This document shows, piece after piece, positions 12,822 to 27,359 of a stretch of 64,000 nt of DNA. The notes under the pieces were generated by a model, which worked only from the letters and a program-made list of their open reading frames with translations, searched no databases and had not been told where the DNA came from. Each line of letters opens with the position of its first letter. The first letter of the stretch is position 1. The stretch is taken from assembly GCA_002633005.1 (NCBI GenBank), contig NMRA01000008.1, positions 832,341-896,340 of the forward strand, given 5' to 3'. The stretch comes from Phoronis australis (Eukaryota; Animalia; Phoronida). The translations under genes and the position numbers were made by a program.

Positions 12822-15800
12822 TATCAGCTGGTTTCTAATCACCTTAGTCAATTCAACATGAATGAGTAATGAACCTTCATCCACTGATTACATCCAGGAT
12901 ACTTAAGCCAGTGTTTAAGGAGGGTATAAACACTGAATTTTAAATTTTTGTACAAAAACAGTAAGTTAAATAAGAATGTGGAAAAATGATAAGTTATGTA
13001 GGATCTTGTCCACAAGTCTGTCTTTTAAGCTAGATATCTACAAAGCCATGTCTTTTTAATAAAGTTTATAAAAAAGAAAAATACTTTCATAACAAAACAA
13101 CAATTTTCGTTAGATATAAGTACTCAAGATGAAATCTAAAAATACTGTTACAGTTTTCTACATTGTAATTTCATCCTCACTTTACGCACCTTTTGAACTT
13201 TTACATAAAAACCATAACAGTCTTTTTTATAGACTCTCCAAAAGTCCAAATGCAATCTAGCACAACTTCCAGACCACCACATGCAAAATGTCCCTTGATG
13301 AAAAGGAACAAACCACGTATGGTTGCCGAATTCATTATGCACCTACTTCAATATCCAGGGTGCCAACATGATTATACTGTTTTCAGACAACCATAACACT
13401 CAATGGAGACAATACTCCAAGGACTAAATGCTCATCTGAGAAAACATCTGACAGGGTATAAACAATTCACTTGACAACACATTCCCAAGAGAGATGATTT
13501 AATATTTGCCTGGCATAAATATGTATAGAAAACCAACATGACTGTTTTCACCCTCGGATGCCCTTTATAGTATGAGATCAACAAGATGTAAATTTTGTTG
13601 CATTCCCATTAGGGGAACGCCGACCAATGGCAATTCCACCACACCTGCCTTTGTCTTTCTGACTAATTTCTCCATGGCAGCGATTAAACACCAGACGGGG
13701 TAATTGAGTGCACTCTCAATTTAACATCTGTCTTGCATGTCATGACCTTTAGTGATTACTCCCGAGCAGGGGTTCATCCAGGATTTCGAAAATAGGGGAT
13801 CCAAAACGGGTTTCCCAGTTTCTTATGGCATCCATAGTCAATGACGCATGACTGCATTATATTACTGGGAAGTCAACTTGGTGTTCTAAAAGGTCTTTCA
13901 CACTGACTCCAAAGCTTCAGTGTTCAACAAAAGATTGGGTCAAAGGGAACACTTAACTTCAGTCTTAAACTGAAGTTAACAGCGCCAGTTAACTCCGGAG
14001 TAAAAAAGGGGATGTCTTGTTACAATGGGAACACGTAACTTCCATGGAGTTATCTATTTTAGTCAATTAGAATTTTATTAGGTTTGTTAATTGAAAACTT
14101 TGGCAAACATTTAATCGAATTCTACTTCTCTGCCACATTGTGCATTAAAGCGAAAATGTAATATATTTGCAACAATACCTAGGTACCTGTAACCATTAGC
14201 ATCACCTGTACACACCTGCCTTGAGGCAATAATACCCAAGCACACATGCTTATGGAACATTTCCACATCATTGATATGCTCATTAAGCATGTAGCAGGAG
14301 AGAATCTGTATTTTCTTGGCTAAAAGCCAACCATAGGAATCACTGTGCTAATTACAAACATAGCTACTTTCCTATTTAAGACAAGAAAATATGAATACCG
14401 TGAAAAGAAGACCAATTCAAAGGGTTGAATAGCGCACCCACAACTGCACTGCAAACACTTCTAGGGATGTTAATTGGTTTCATGTACCCGGTAAAACAAG
14501 TAATGAAAGTGCCCTGACTGAAGGACACCAGGCGAAATCAACTGAATCAGGGAGCTTAAAAGTGATGGCGAAGTCAATGACTTCTCAGATGACACTGGCC
14601 AGGTCACCAGTGATGGTGCAAAGAACGACCTCGGCATCTCTACTGACACTGTCAACAACATCGACCAACAAAAGAGCAGTGAGAGATCGGTCAGTAAATC
14701 TTGAATATCTTGAGAACAAAGTCAGGGCAAAAAAGGGAAGGCAGACTACACTTTGCGCTTGACGAGATAGATCCTCAAACCAAATTTGAGAAAGATCTGT
14801 CAAGACACGATGGAGATATGGCACTGAGAAAAGAAACCATGAAAGAGATGTTATCAGAAAATCTTGAATAGGTCGAGAACATCCAGCTTTGGTAAAACAA
14901 ATCTCATACTTTAGTTCTTGATGAGAATAATCTTCATACTAGTACTTAACTTGAGAAGAATCTCATTAAGGATCAGGGAGCTCTACCTTCACCAATGAGA
15001 AATAGAGAAATAACTGTCACAAAACTGGCATGATTTCGCTCAAATATCTTAGCGTACAGCGATACTTGTTTTGCATTAATTTCATGTCAATTGACTGAAG
15101 AATGGCACCTGTAGCAGACGTACAAAAAACCCACATCTTTAATGGAGAGGAACTTCGTAGATATAGGGGTTGTTACGGAGTTTGGCCCCTTCCGAAAATC
15201 AACATCAAACACGCTCTTCCCAATAGGAACACAGTTTCATGGTCTCAGGATATCTTTTTCTCCCTTACAATGTCCATTCAACGCAGTGTTCATATTCTGA
15301 GAAATATGATGAAAGTGCCCGAGTCTCATTTTTCAAAATAAAAAATCAATCTCAGGGGTAGAAACTAACTGTACAAGAACTGTTAGGACATACAAACCCC
15401 CTAACCAGGGTACCGATACTTAGGCACTCATACACCAGAAACTGATTAGTGAAATGACCAAAAAAACACCTATAAACCAGATCACACACGTCCAGCCATT
15501 TGCACTGATACCTAAGTTTGGGTAGATTTTAAGTAATCGTGTTTTCTCTGAGCTTCTGCAGTGCATGTTATTCCATAAGGGTGCATGCTCGGAGCACTCC
15601 CCCTTCCACCCCCCCCCCCCTCCTTCCCCCCTTGTTAATGTCGGCTCCTACATCTAAGCATATTTCTTGAACACAGACCATGCAGGTCGAAGGTCGAGTC
15701 ACTGAAGTGTTGCTATTAGCCTATGACAACTACATCAGTAACAAAAGGGTAATTTGTTATAGTAACAGAGTGACCATTGATTCCCAATAACTCCTTCTGC

Positions 15801-18800
15801 TACAAGTGAAATCAACAACCAGTTAATGACATCACAGCTTCATAAGGTTGAAAGCACCTTTTGTCACTTAACAATAACGAGTTTGTCAATAACACAACAT
15901 GGACCCCATTAGCAATCATAGCATGAATAGCCAACAAAATTGTGAAGATTTGATTTTTTAATTACTGGGTATAAGTCTTTATCTAGTTTTGACCTGACTG
16001 TTCACTTGAAGGGACGAAGTTAAAAACCATATACAATTCTACTACAACAAATACACAAAACAAACACTATCGAGATAGAAAAAGCTAAACTCACCAAATT
16101 ATGTGTAAGAACACAATGTGCACATCAGAAAAGTCAGCAAAATGTATTTACCTGTAGTTTCATAAGCAAGTAACTACCATGGTGACCTCTGATTCCTTTG
16201 CACTAAATATATTTCTGAATACCAGTGCCACTGAAATGTCGTATGTTTGAACTTTTGAAATAGCTCAAACTTTCACAATCCATATCGCATCACACAGTAT
16301 GTGAAACGGTACACAAGTCAATTTCTAAAAAACAAAGGACAGGCACAACAGACTGCCGAAAAAGTGTACTCTTGACAACTTCGTCAAACGAGTTACGTTT
16401 TAGAAAAGAAGCGCATGTGAAATGGCGAATGGTAACCAAACGGATACTCCAGGCGGCTAAAAGATTATGGTGACAGCAATATCAGCCTAGTCACACCTCG
16501 GCAAAGTCTGTGCAATAACATAGTACTATAATATGGATTACAATTGAAAACCATAAATACAAATGTATGCTGAACAACATCGTAAAATGCAATATGGTTA
16601 GAAATGAATTGAAAATAATGGAAGGACATGTACATATGAACAGAGAGTTTCACAATTACATATGTAAGACTGACTAAGGAATGAATACCGGTATATTGTA
16701 TACGCTTTACGATAGAGAAATTTCATATCAGTTCACTCATGTATAAAATTGGGTTGCTTAAGATGAACACTGTTTCTCACAAAGATATCTGCCAATTTAA
16801 TAAAATTTTAAAAAATAATTCTCCCACAAATTTTCTCACTCTCCTCTCTCCCAATTCTCTCAACCTGACTTCCTTCCCGTTTAATAATTTCTAAACTTAA
16901 TAAATTTTTCAAAAAAATAAATAAGGTAACCACAGTGTACTACTTATAACATTTTAATGGATAAAAGACCACATCAAAGAAATTATTACAATCAATGCAA
17001 AAACTGATAATAAAAAATGCTGGGTTTCCATGGAATACAGTCTATATGTGAGAGACAGTGAAATTAGTATCCAACCTCCAGTACTCCACAAACTTTAAGG
17101 TAATTTGAATTTTAATTACCATCAAGCTAATAATTTACAATCAGTTCTGAACAGCTCCCTCGTAACATCAAGGACCTTCTCAACAACACAAGCATAGTTT
17201 ACCTGACAAAAATCTCGTCACTCTGAAAAGCTTAACCTCATTGAATACCACAAGGTTCACTAATGTTGACTGGTTGAGACATAATCTGTGTAGTTGTTTG
17301 AACAAACCAAACGATGAGTAAAAAACAAACAAAAGACCGAGTTATCATGGGAACACAGGGTCAACAGTGCAGTGTCATCATGCACAGAGATGTCAAAAAT
17401 CAACACTGAAAAGCTGCGAGACTGGACAACCACAATATTTACAGTAGTAACACCTGAGCAAAATTAAAAGAGTGCAAATTTATTTTCACGGGCTGAACAT
17501 ATCATTAGGTCATTTTCTAGAGTACAACTATACAACAGTATTTCAATAATTTGTCTTGTGAAGTAGAAAAAATGGAGGTCTTTTCAAAAGAATGTCTTTT
17601 CAAACATATGGCTTAAGATTTTAAACATGGTTCAGGGCTTTTCAAACATCAGGCTGAAGATTTACAAACATGGTGCAAAACTTTTCAAACATTCAGCAAC
17701 ACTATGCTTGATTTCATGCAGTGAAAGACACTATACCTCCTCACAACTGCAATGCACCATTCATTTAAATTTATCCTGCTATTCTGTTGCCTTTCAGGGG
17801 TGCTACCCACAAAAGTGCCACACCCATGTATTTTGAAATCGTGGAAATATTTCAAGAATAAATACACAAGATTCAACATTTTCACCACTACCTTGACCAG
17901 GTAGTAAGGCCAAAAGGCAGCCGTGTATAATTCTGCGCATCAAATCTGTCACATGAACATCCAACAATGGGACATGAAGTTGCTTGATTTAACAAGTGAT
18001 TTAATAACTATCAAATGCATTAATATTGCCTGCCAATTTTTGTATGCATTTCATTACTCTCCATCCGTTTTCTAATGCTACATAATATTACTTAGCATTG
18101 TGGTGTGACAAATCTTGCGAAATACTCAATATTAAGCGGGGTGAGTTGACATAACGCTTTCCTGGACTTGACAGTCTCTCGCTAGTGTAAAACGGAACTG
18201 CTTAGTAACAAAGTGTAATAATCAATATGTTGTCGAGAAAATAAGGATATGAAATGGCCATTGGAATAATGGCGATGTGTAAGTGGTCTTAACATCAGTT
18301 CAATAATGAAGACCACTCATGTACTATACAATCATGTCCACACTTTAGTTACAACAACATTCCCTACAGCAGCTTGGCTCCTGGTCATCGCTCGTGTCCA
18401 CACTACCCACCTGACATGACGATATCAGCACTCCACGAATGCCGAGCTTTGTAAAATGGCTGATGTTTTTTGCACTTCTGATGTTAAGTTTTTGTATGTC
18501 TCTGTCTTGTAGTTGTGGGATCAAGAGAGGACGAGCAATATAAAAATATGTTAATAACTTGACCAGATTTGTTTGATGTGAATGTCCAAGATGAAATCTC
18601 AAAACTCTGTTACAGTTTCGAAATTATCACTTCATTTTCGTTTTATGCAACTTACGAAATTTTTCATAAAAATCATAAAAGTAGCCTCTCGTGTAAAAGC
18701 GGAAGATTTAAAAGCAATCCCTAATGGCATTTGGGGGAACACTACATAAACCATATCAAAGTACTGTCTAGAAGTTTCTCATGAATCAAATCAACCATTT

Positions 18801-19682
18801 CTAAAACATGATGTTCCCAAGGAAAAGAAAATTCGGTCATTTTTCTAGAAAATGTACAGCTGTGCAAAACTGATGTCTAACAGATGCAAAACAACAAACG
18901 CTAGCAACAGCTAGAGCACATTTACAGGTTTTCCATAATTACTACAGACCAAAACTCTCATTTTGACAGACCTCATACATAAAAGTTACTACCAAAGGCG
19001 GTACAATTTTCCTATCCCCTAGAGAAGATTTACACCCATATTCTAGAAAATGTTTTTTCTTTGACAAAAATTGACAGAGAGGATTAAACCTTTTCAGAAT
19101 GCATCAGACAAGCAGGCTAAGAATTGAAACTTATATATTCAACTTCAACAAAAGTATTTGGTATTTATAAAATTTAAAAATTCAAGGTTTTCAGGGTTCC
19201 TAATTAACTTCTGGGGATTTTTAAATGTGTCAAGTGCTTCGGTAAATACCGGCCAAAATTATCATTTGGTTAAGTGCTTTTTAAATATTTGATAAGATCA
19301 ACAGCACAGACTGTAGCTAAACGCGACAGTGTTCTGCAGCGTGGTGTACAACTGTTCAATAGCATGAGACTGGTAACACAATACGCGGCGGAACATTTAT
19401 ATATCACTAATATATTACCACTGGGTTTCTAACCTACAAATTAAACATTAATTCAAATGAAATGAATTTTGAATGCAAACCAAACCTTTAGAAGACAGCG
19501 TACCTACTACAGGTTAGCAGGTACAACAAGCAACACATGAGGCTTATTAGCACATCACACAATGGGGTATGTCATAAAATAGGGGGTCATTGCAGGGTTG
19601 AACAATTACCTTTTAGTTCACTGCATTCAAGCCAGGTACAAACAGGCTTAACAAGACCTGACTAAGAACCTATAGACAGATA

Positions 19683-20111
19683 CAAGGTACCTAAACTACA
19701 CAGTCAACAGACTCATAACATGACTCATGGACCTGCAAACACCGTCCACTGACTCACAAACATGGGAACGGACTCAAAAACACGATCCACGCACCCAAGT
19801 ACACGAGACACGGACTCATACTTACGAGGGAACACGGTTAACGGACCGCCAAACACGGGCCACGGACTCATCGGCTTCCTGGGTCAGTTGACATCTTCAT
19901 TTTGTCCGTGACCCGTGTTTGACGGTCCGTTAACCGTGTTTCCTCGTGAATATGAGTCCCGTGTCCCGTGTATTTGGGTGCGTGGATCGTGTTTTGTGAG
20001 TCCGTTCCAGTGTTTGTGAGTCAGTGGACAGTGTTTGCAGGTCCGTGAGTCATGTTCATGCGTCCGTGCCTGTGTTTATGAGTCCGTTGACCGGGTAGTT
20101 TAGGTACCATG
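19683..20111. mobile_element. Foldback MITE with ~185-bp inverted arms and 5-bp TSD (AGATA)
   Basis: AGATA|CAAGGTACCTAAACTAC ... GTAGTTTAGGTACCATG|AGATA; arms built from ~21-bp ACGGACTCA/AAACACG subrepeats. Confidence 0.8.
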
Positions 20112-20360
20112 AGATAGCACCTTGACTTCACAAGTTCACATGCAACTTTCTATATAACACAACTGTTCTCAAACTTTATTCATAAAAACTGACTGTTTTA
20201 ATAATATTTCCAGCAAAATACCTCATCTTCATTCTCGGGGAACTTCAGATACGAAATATAGTAAATACAGCGAGAAAAAGATTTAGCAGAATCACCTTCA
20301 ACCATGTGGAAATTTGTTTACTTCTTATCCGAGATCAAAGGTTACACGGCTGTCACTTAA

Positions 20361-20866
20361 GGCCCTTTCATACTGACTTAAAACTCTGGTCTGAGCAGAT
20401 TGTCGATGTTAAAGCAGCGCACTTAACTAGACCGCTCATACTGGCTTCTCGGTTAAGTTAATGAACATCGAAGGAAACGGTAGGTGATGCTGTTGTCATC
20501 GAAGTTATGGCAAGGTAGCGCTGCATGCTAAGATTTTTTTCAATGTGACAGTTTGGGAAATTCATTACATGTGGTAATTGACATTAAACTTATTTTTAAA
20601 TTGATTGGTCATTATTAGAGCAAAATATAAGCAGCTATTAGTGACGGCACTGCCCTGTAACTGTTGATGATAACAGTGGCACCTGGTGATAACTTCGACT
20701 GGACCGAAGTTAACTGTTCATACTGCACCACAGCGTCGACGCTGTGCTATTAAATCCACCTGTTAACAGCAATGCTGGAGCTGTTAACTGCGATCCAGGA
20801 CCAGAGTTAAGCGTTCATACTGACCGCAACTCCCCAAAACGTCGACGCGTTAGTATGATTAAGGCC
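20361..20866. mobile_element. PIF/Harbinger-like MITE; related fragments at ~10130-10360 and ~13890-14050
   Basis: TAA|GGCCCTTTCATACTGAC ... GTTAGTATGATTAAGGCC imperfect TIRs; internal GGACCGAAGTTAACTGTTCATACTG matches ~10243-10267 inverted. Confidence 0.55.
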
Positions 20867-23006
20867 TTTTAAACTGAATCCCTCCCAGGCATATATCAGT
20901 TCCATATGTTACCCTAAGTCTTTTTAATCACCATTAGTTGTGATAACATGAAGCCAACGAGGTGTATCATACAAAGGTGCCGTGGAAAACGAATAGAAAA
21001 CGTAGGTTTGATCCTAAGGGAGTTGACTGCGACTGCATGCATACGACCATACACCTTCCCATATAGTCCCATGCTCTATAGTCACATACTGCAGTCATAA
21101 ACATTATTCTGAATGTATAGAGAAGACTTTAGATTTAGGAGATTGTAAAGATAGACAAGCACTTGTTAACACTACACACACAAAATACACCAAACATTTC
21201 GTGTCAGGAAAGTCTTCCTAATACTCGTTCACTAACTGACTAAAATGTAAGCATCATTGCTAGTTGCAAAAAACGAAAGTCATGGAATGGTTGCAAGCAT
21301 CACTTTTGCAGGCTAGTTTGGATGCTCATGAGAAACCAGGTCACAAGCTCTTTGCATAGATGTTGATAGATAGGCGTATCCATTGTTTATTGTTTTTCTT
21401 TCTTACAATTAAGATAGTGGCAAGCTTTATCCATAGGTTGCTGATGTGCATCCAAGGTGTGATAACAATGCAACCTGTATTGTTATGTCGAATAAAAACG
21501 CAACAAAGGAAAACAACGGAAGTGTTCCATCGGCAATAACCATGCAACACTTACGCCCTGTCTCATGGATCTTGCAAATTAAACAATACCTTGCGACATC
21601 CATATGACATCATTAGGCACGGGTGGTGGTTTGAGTTAGGTCATCACAGCTGGCGTTTTTATCAGCACTTTTGTAGCCAGACCGCTTACTTCAAAGGACA
21701 CACATGCGCACGATTAAGAAGCATTCTAATCAATCCACGACCGTGAGTGAACACGTTGACATCAATTTCTCCTAAAAAGTGATTCAGGAAGTGAGGAAAC
21801 AAAGTAACTCCTGATAATGAAAAAAGCCAAACACCGTTCTTCAGGTGACCTCTGACCGTCGTATCTGCACTATGCGATCTTTGCTTCGAATGATGTTTTC
21901 CCCGTAGTCCCAATGCTAAAAATGCACACAATAGCTAAGAATTCTGAATAGTTTTGGATTTTGCCATTGTTAAGCCAAGCATGCGCAGACTGGGCTCCTG
22001 TGACCAACTTCTGTGCTGATCCAGTTTCTAATAATGCCAAGTAAATAGCACTGATGTGAATCAGCTCATATTGTGACATTTGTTCTGTGACATTACTTGT
22101 CCCATGACAACTCATTTGATGTCAAGCAGTTGTCCTGCAAAAGGGGACTATGCTATCATATTTCTTGTGGTGTCCAGTAGATCAATTCTCAGACAAAATA
22201 GGTGTTAATGCAGAGCTTTTTGAGTTAATAACAAAAGTAAAGCAATTCAGTTGATTACTGCCACAGAAACCCTATTGAAGTCAGATGAACCAGTGATTAA
22301 CTGAGACTTCAGTGAGTACTTCAAACTAAAATAAATAAACAGTCAATAGAGGGTTACCTGCCTGGTATTTACCTTCTAACAATGACAGGGAAAAGTATAA
22401 AATGGAACAAGCCAGGCTAAGGTAAATAGAAAGCACAGGTGCAAGGAACCAGTCCAAAAGGAGTTAATTAGCAGGGATTTGGCCAAAAGTCTAGTCAGGC
22501 CTACAACTTGTAAACAGAGACAAACTTGAAAAGTCAGCTGGGTTTATCTTTGGCGTCCACTCAATGCCATGCCATAGGGGCACTAAAATTCCCGAGTACG
22601 CAACATTATGACTATAAGGTCTAAAAAGCATAGTTCATTTTGGCTTGTGTTTTCTGTTGAAAACAGTTGAATGAAAGGGCCACAGTTCATCATAACTTCA
22701 GTGGAAACTGACCCTCTAATCATAAACTGTACAGCCTGGACTTACTGCTATAAATGAGACACTCAATCGGTCATCATGGAAACGAAGTCATTCAGCTATT
22801 TACCTGCAGTGCAATGAAGAAAAGTTGAACTAAAAATCTTGATTAATTAAGGAGCAGTAGGACCGTGGGCGACAATATGATAGATTGGGAATACTCCGTA
22901 AATGTCACATTCACGCAACAGAGCAGGGATACTTTGCATATGTTACATTCATATTTCAATCAGAGAACACGATGGATACTTTTGGTCATCCAGTTCAGTA
23001 AATAAT

Positions 23007-23258
23007 ATGTAGAAAATTAAATCAATTACTGGACTTACGGATTGAGTTGGCTACGTTGCGTCCTCCTCTCGAGGACTTCGGCAGGCCACTGTTATGTCAC
23101 TTGACTCAGTGCGATCGGTAGCACAGTTCACGTAAACTGGGCTGTCGATCACATGACGAGTCACGTGACATCTCAGTGGCCTACCGAAGTCCTCGAGAGA
23201 AGGACGCAACGTAGCCAACTCAATCCATAAGTCCAGTAACTGAGATAATTTTCTACAT
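23007..23258. repeat. ~250-bp imperfect palindrome (foldback MITE-like)
   Basis: TATGTAGAAAATTA..TTACTGGACTTACGGATTGAGTTGGCTACGTTGCGTCC.. pairs with ..GGACGCAACGTAGCCAACTCAATCCATAAGTCCAGTAA..TAATTTTCTACATA; centre near 23132. Confidence 0.85.
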
Positions 23259-25408
23259 ATTTCAATCAGAGCTAAGCATGCCAAGTAACCCCGTATCTGA
23301 TACAATTACTGCTCTACCTATTCCCACAAAATTAAATAATTAATTTTATCCTAGAGGCAGGGACGAGCGAAATAAGTAGACTGGTCAGAACCATCGTCAG
23401 AAGAATATGCAAAGACAAACTTAAAAACACGTATTTAAATATTTTGGCTTCCCAAGTACGTTTTTCATAGGTACTGTGTCGGCATACAAATTGTGCATAT
23501 GGTGTGCAAATTATAGCCACACCTTGAATGATTAAAAAGTAAAAATGGCGACTGTTCAGATTAAGAGAAAGGTAAAACATTGAGAACTAATTTTGGATGT
23601 GCTAAAAATTTTAATGCAAAATTTTAGAGTGTTTATTGTAATCTTTATTAAGGTTAGTATGAAGAACACTAGAAAAATTACGAATTCCACTAACTTCAGA
23701 ATATCATACATCAGAAATACTGAAACATTCATATCCTTTGTGTATTGCTCTCCAAAACGCTGCCAGGTCACTGTCATGATTTTCATCAAAAAATCAAACA
23801 TTCCATAATTTGAAAACGAAATAATAATTTAGAAAACTGAGTATTTTTGAGATTTCATCTTGAACATTTACAAGCAAAATTTGGTTATATTATACTGTTA
23901 TCAATTGTACTTTCCTGTTTCGCTAAATTTTATTAGAAATACATGCTGAATGTGATCCAATCAATCACAGATTGGTGGAAACTAAAAATAACCAATTTCT
24001 ATACAAATGTCTGCTTTGATAAAATACAGACCTTTATAACATCCTGAGGATATTTGTCAAAATACACAGACTGTGCACATTTCTCAAATCTAACATTCAA
24101 GTCACTGAACAAGTCAGGTCATTAAAAATTAAATTAATGGTGTCTACACTTACCATGCTAATAAAAAATCAAAGAAACAAAATTGTGAAAATTTTCCATC
24201 TTGCAACTACCCTTAGTGATCCAAACTGACGAAATTCTGGTAAACAGGCAGTGATCAGTTCTGAATGGCAACAATACAGGCACACGACAATGTGGGTGAA
24301 ATGCAGTCAACGAATGTTCAATGCACTCAAAACAAGCACCAATGAGCTACATAATTAATATAGATGTAAAGATTAAATTTACACTAGCTCTATTACCCTG
24401 GGACATGACAAGTACTCAACAGCTAAGAGGCAGAGTAGGAAATGCGCACAACAAGAATCCTACGAAGAGTGACAGTTCTACTATCAGAGTTGCCTCTATC
24501 GTGGAAAGTTTTTACCTATAATTTGGTATTTGTTTTAGTGCTCGTAGGCCTACCAATATTCTCAGATGCCACTCCATCCATCCAGGTAGGACTGAACAAC
24601 AAAATACAGTTAAAAATAGATGTGGGTGACAAGCTTAGAACTAAATAAGAAGAAGCTCAATTTTTCCTAAGTCAATGGTATCGTAACTTGATTTGTGATC
24701 ACCTCACAGCAAAATTAATATCACAATACAGAGTGACTAGAGTTGTCCGAGTATTATATAAAGGAACATTCCCTCAGAAACGTAATTCTGCCGAAACGTG
24801 CAATCCAACCACTAGCTCCACAAAAGCAGCCCAATGTCCAACTGCTGAGCCACAAATCATGTGTTGACTAGTAGAATATTATTTAAGCATATTTAAATTA
24901 ATGATTTTAGAGAATGTCTGTCAAGAAACTTTTTTAATTGTCACATAGCACAAAATGCTTTTCCATGTTCAAGGTCTGCAACGCAGCTACCACCAAAAGA
25001 TATTTTGAAAAATTCTGGCCATTCGCAACAGTGTTAGAAGCCCTTGAAACATTAAAAAGGCAATTTAGGAACTTTTTTAAGAAATTTGCAAGATATTCCT
25101 ACAGAGAAATGAAACTTTGATTTTAGTTCAACAGTTGAAGTAGATATCTACGGGGCGAAATGTGTGTGCTTGCTTACGTACTAGTATCATTGATAGTATA
25201 TACACCATGCAATAGAACAGTACTACATTTGTACAGTAGCTGAAAGTTCGATTTCTAGTTGAATAGCAGTTGAACACACAAAAGAGATCCAGAGTGAAGG
25301 AAATAACACCACTTGAAGCTTCTTGCACAATAGGGTTTAACAGTCCATGAATTTTCTAGGCTGAGCAAGTATTCCAACGTTTTTGATGTTACGGGTAATT
25401 GGATAGGT

Positions 25409-25516
25409 GGGTCCCTGACTTAAAAGTAAATTTGAGAACCAGTGGTTCCCACAGAATATTATCTGTGATTCGGTGGGAGTAAGACTGGTTCTCAAGTCAG
25501 TTTTGATCAGGGACCC
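25409..25516. repeat. ~108-bp imperfect hairpin
   Basis: GGGTCCCTGA..TTGAGAACCAGT..TCCCAC pairs with GTGGGA..ACTGGTTCTCAA..TCAGGGACCC. Confidence 0.7.
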
Positions 25517-25911
25517 TGACTTAACCGACTATTATTACCTCATTTGTTCTCCAAAAACACAGATCACTTATCTTGGAGAGACAGTTTTGTGGGTTGCTTA
25601 ATGGTAATGCTCGCAGTCCGCAAAAGTGATAATTTGGGCCAGCAAAAGGCCTGCACCTTGGTCCTGCATGCACTTGGAAGTTGAATTGTGCAAAGAAGAA
25701 TGACCGACGACACAGAGATGATAACGAACAGGACACTGTGTNCCCCCCCCCCCCACCCATTCAAAATTGGTAGTGGGAGTGTCGACTGTTCAATCACAGA
25801 CTACACACTAGCGTGACTGTGGACATCCTCTTGAGGCTGAGCCAGTCAAGTGAACATTTATTAAACGAGGCGCCGGGGAACATCCGACAACAAAAACGTA
25901 AACAAAATTAC

Positions 25912-25951
25912 CTTCCTCTTTTTCAACTCCTTCGCTTTCAAAAAATTCCAT
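25912..25951 (-). CDS. ANKRD55: ANKRD55-like, predicted first coding exon (MEFFESEGVEKEE)
   Basis: ATG at 25951, GAAG|gtaatt donor in phase 1 joins in frame (G+AT = Asp) to exon 2283-2399; sits in a CpG-richer promoter-like region. Confidence 0.6.
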
Positions 25952-27359
25952 ATCCACTTTCACATTATGCCGGCGGTTTTCACAAAACAACACGCTGTTT
26001 TGATTTTCATGTCGAGTCTTCGTGTTACACCACTGAAGATCCGCTCACCGAACTCAATCGATCTCCGCGAACTCTGAGAGCGGAATATTGATGTACCGTA
26101 AGTGAAAGTGATGTCGCAAAATTTACCGTTGAAAACTGAAACAGTGCTCGCGCGCGATTAGAGAATGCAGTGGCAACCACGAAAACCAAAGTATGATTTC
26201 CGTTTTGCCGGGTGGCGGGCCATATTTAAAATTAGCTACTGCTATAAAGAGCAAACTATCTAAAAATAAATTTCTGGCAAATTTTTCAATGAGTTGTTTT
26301 AGATATGATAATATTATTTTAAACAATATTTGTAAAAACAATGTAGAAAAAAACGAAGAACCACGTGCGGGATAATGTATTTAATAATTTTTCACGGTTT
26401 GCCACCCCATGGAGCATGCGCTGGAACCTGATGACCACATTTTGACTGGGCACATACAACTGGACGTAGGCCTAGTAGTGCATGCGGTGCCATAGGAAGC
26501 GGCACTAGCCTCCAAAAAGTTTTCAGGCGTGAGGGTTCAACCGTGGCAACCGACATAAGCGTGGGGCGGGGACAGTCGAGAAAAGAAAGGCTGCTAAATG
26601 CGGATAAGTGAGAAAATGAAGAGAAACATTTAACAACTTTGTATCAGTGCATGGTTTACCTTTGGGGACCTTGGGCTGGACATTGTTGTTAGGGTCTCCG
26701 CTTTCACAGCACAGGTCGTCTAAAGCACTTGAAAATGTGCACGTAATGATTCATGCATTATATTTCGAAAAATCGAAAAAAATTGTAAAGCGAAGCTTTT
26801 GCGGAGCGTGTTAATTTACTTGATTTTTAAATTCAATAAGTCAAAATTTTGCGACTGCAAAACCATATTTTTCCAGAGGCACCTCTCTGGCAAGGGATAA
26901 CGGAAACGACTGTCGTTTTTCCTCGAACTGTGTATCACTTGATGCCCTGACAGATATCATCAATTGCTGCAGATTTCTTGACTTTTCAAAATATTGATTA
27001 TTTCATATTTAGGGGCCTCACCCTTGACGGAGGCCATTGATGACATTCAAGTGGCCACCCTTTTTATGTTTTTATTGACAAATTATTAAGGGTCCGCTCA
27101 CTGGTAGATTGCCCAAATGTTGGACTTGATTACTCTAGTTTCCTGTTCTTTGTGAAATCGTGCAACTGATTTTCATGTTGAAGAGGATCTCTTCCTGTAC
27201 CGTCTTGTGACCACACGACGGTGGAATGAACTGTCACTCTTTTTCAAGCTTAATGATGTTTTGTCTGTCATAATTAAGGTGTCCCATTTCAGACGGTACC
27301 CTCTCTCGATGGAGCAGTTCGGGGAAATGTCCCTCTGTCCCTCTATACATGTTAATCCG

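Noticed and set aside
14470-14830. Coding-like stretch inside the ankyrin intron
   Set aside because: No recognisable domain, stops in all frames and no convincing splice-site pair
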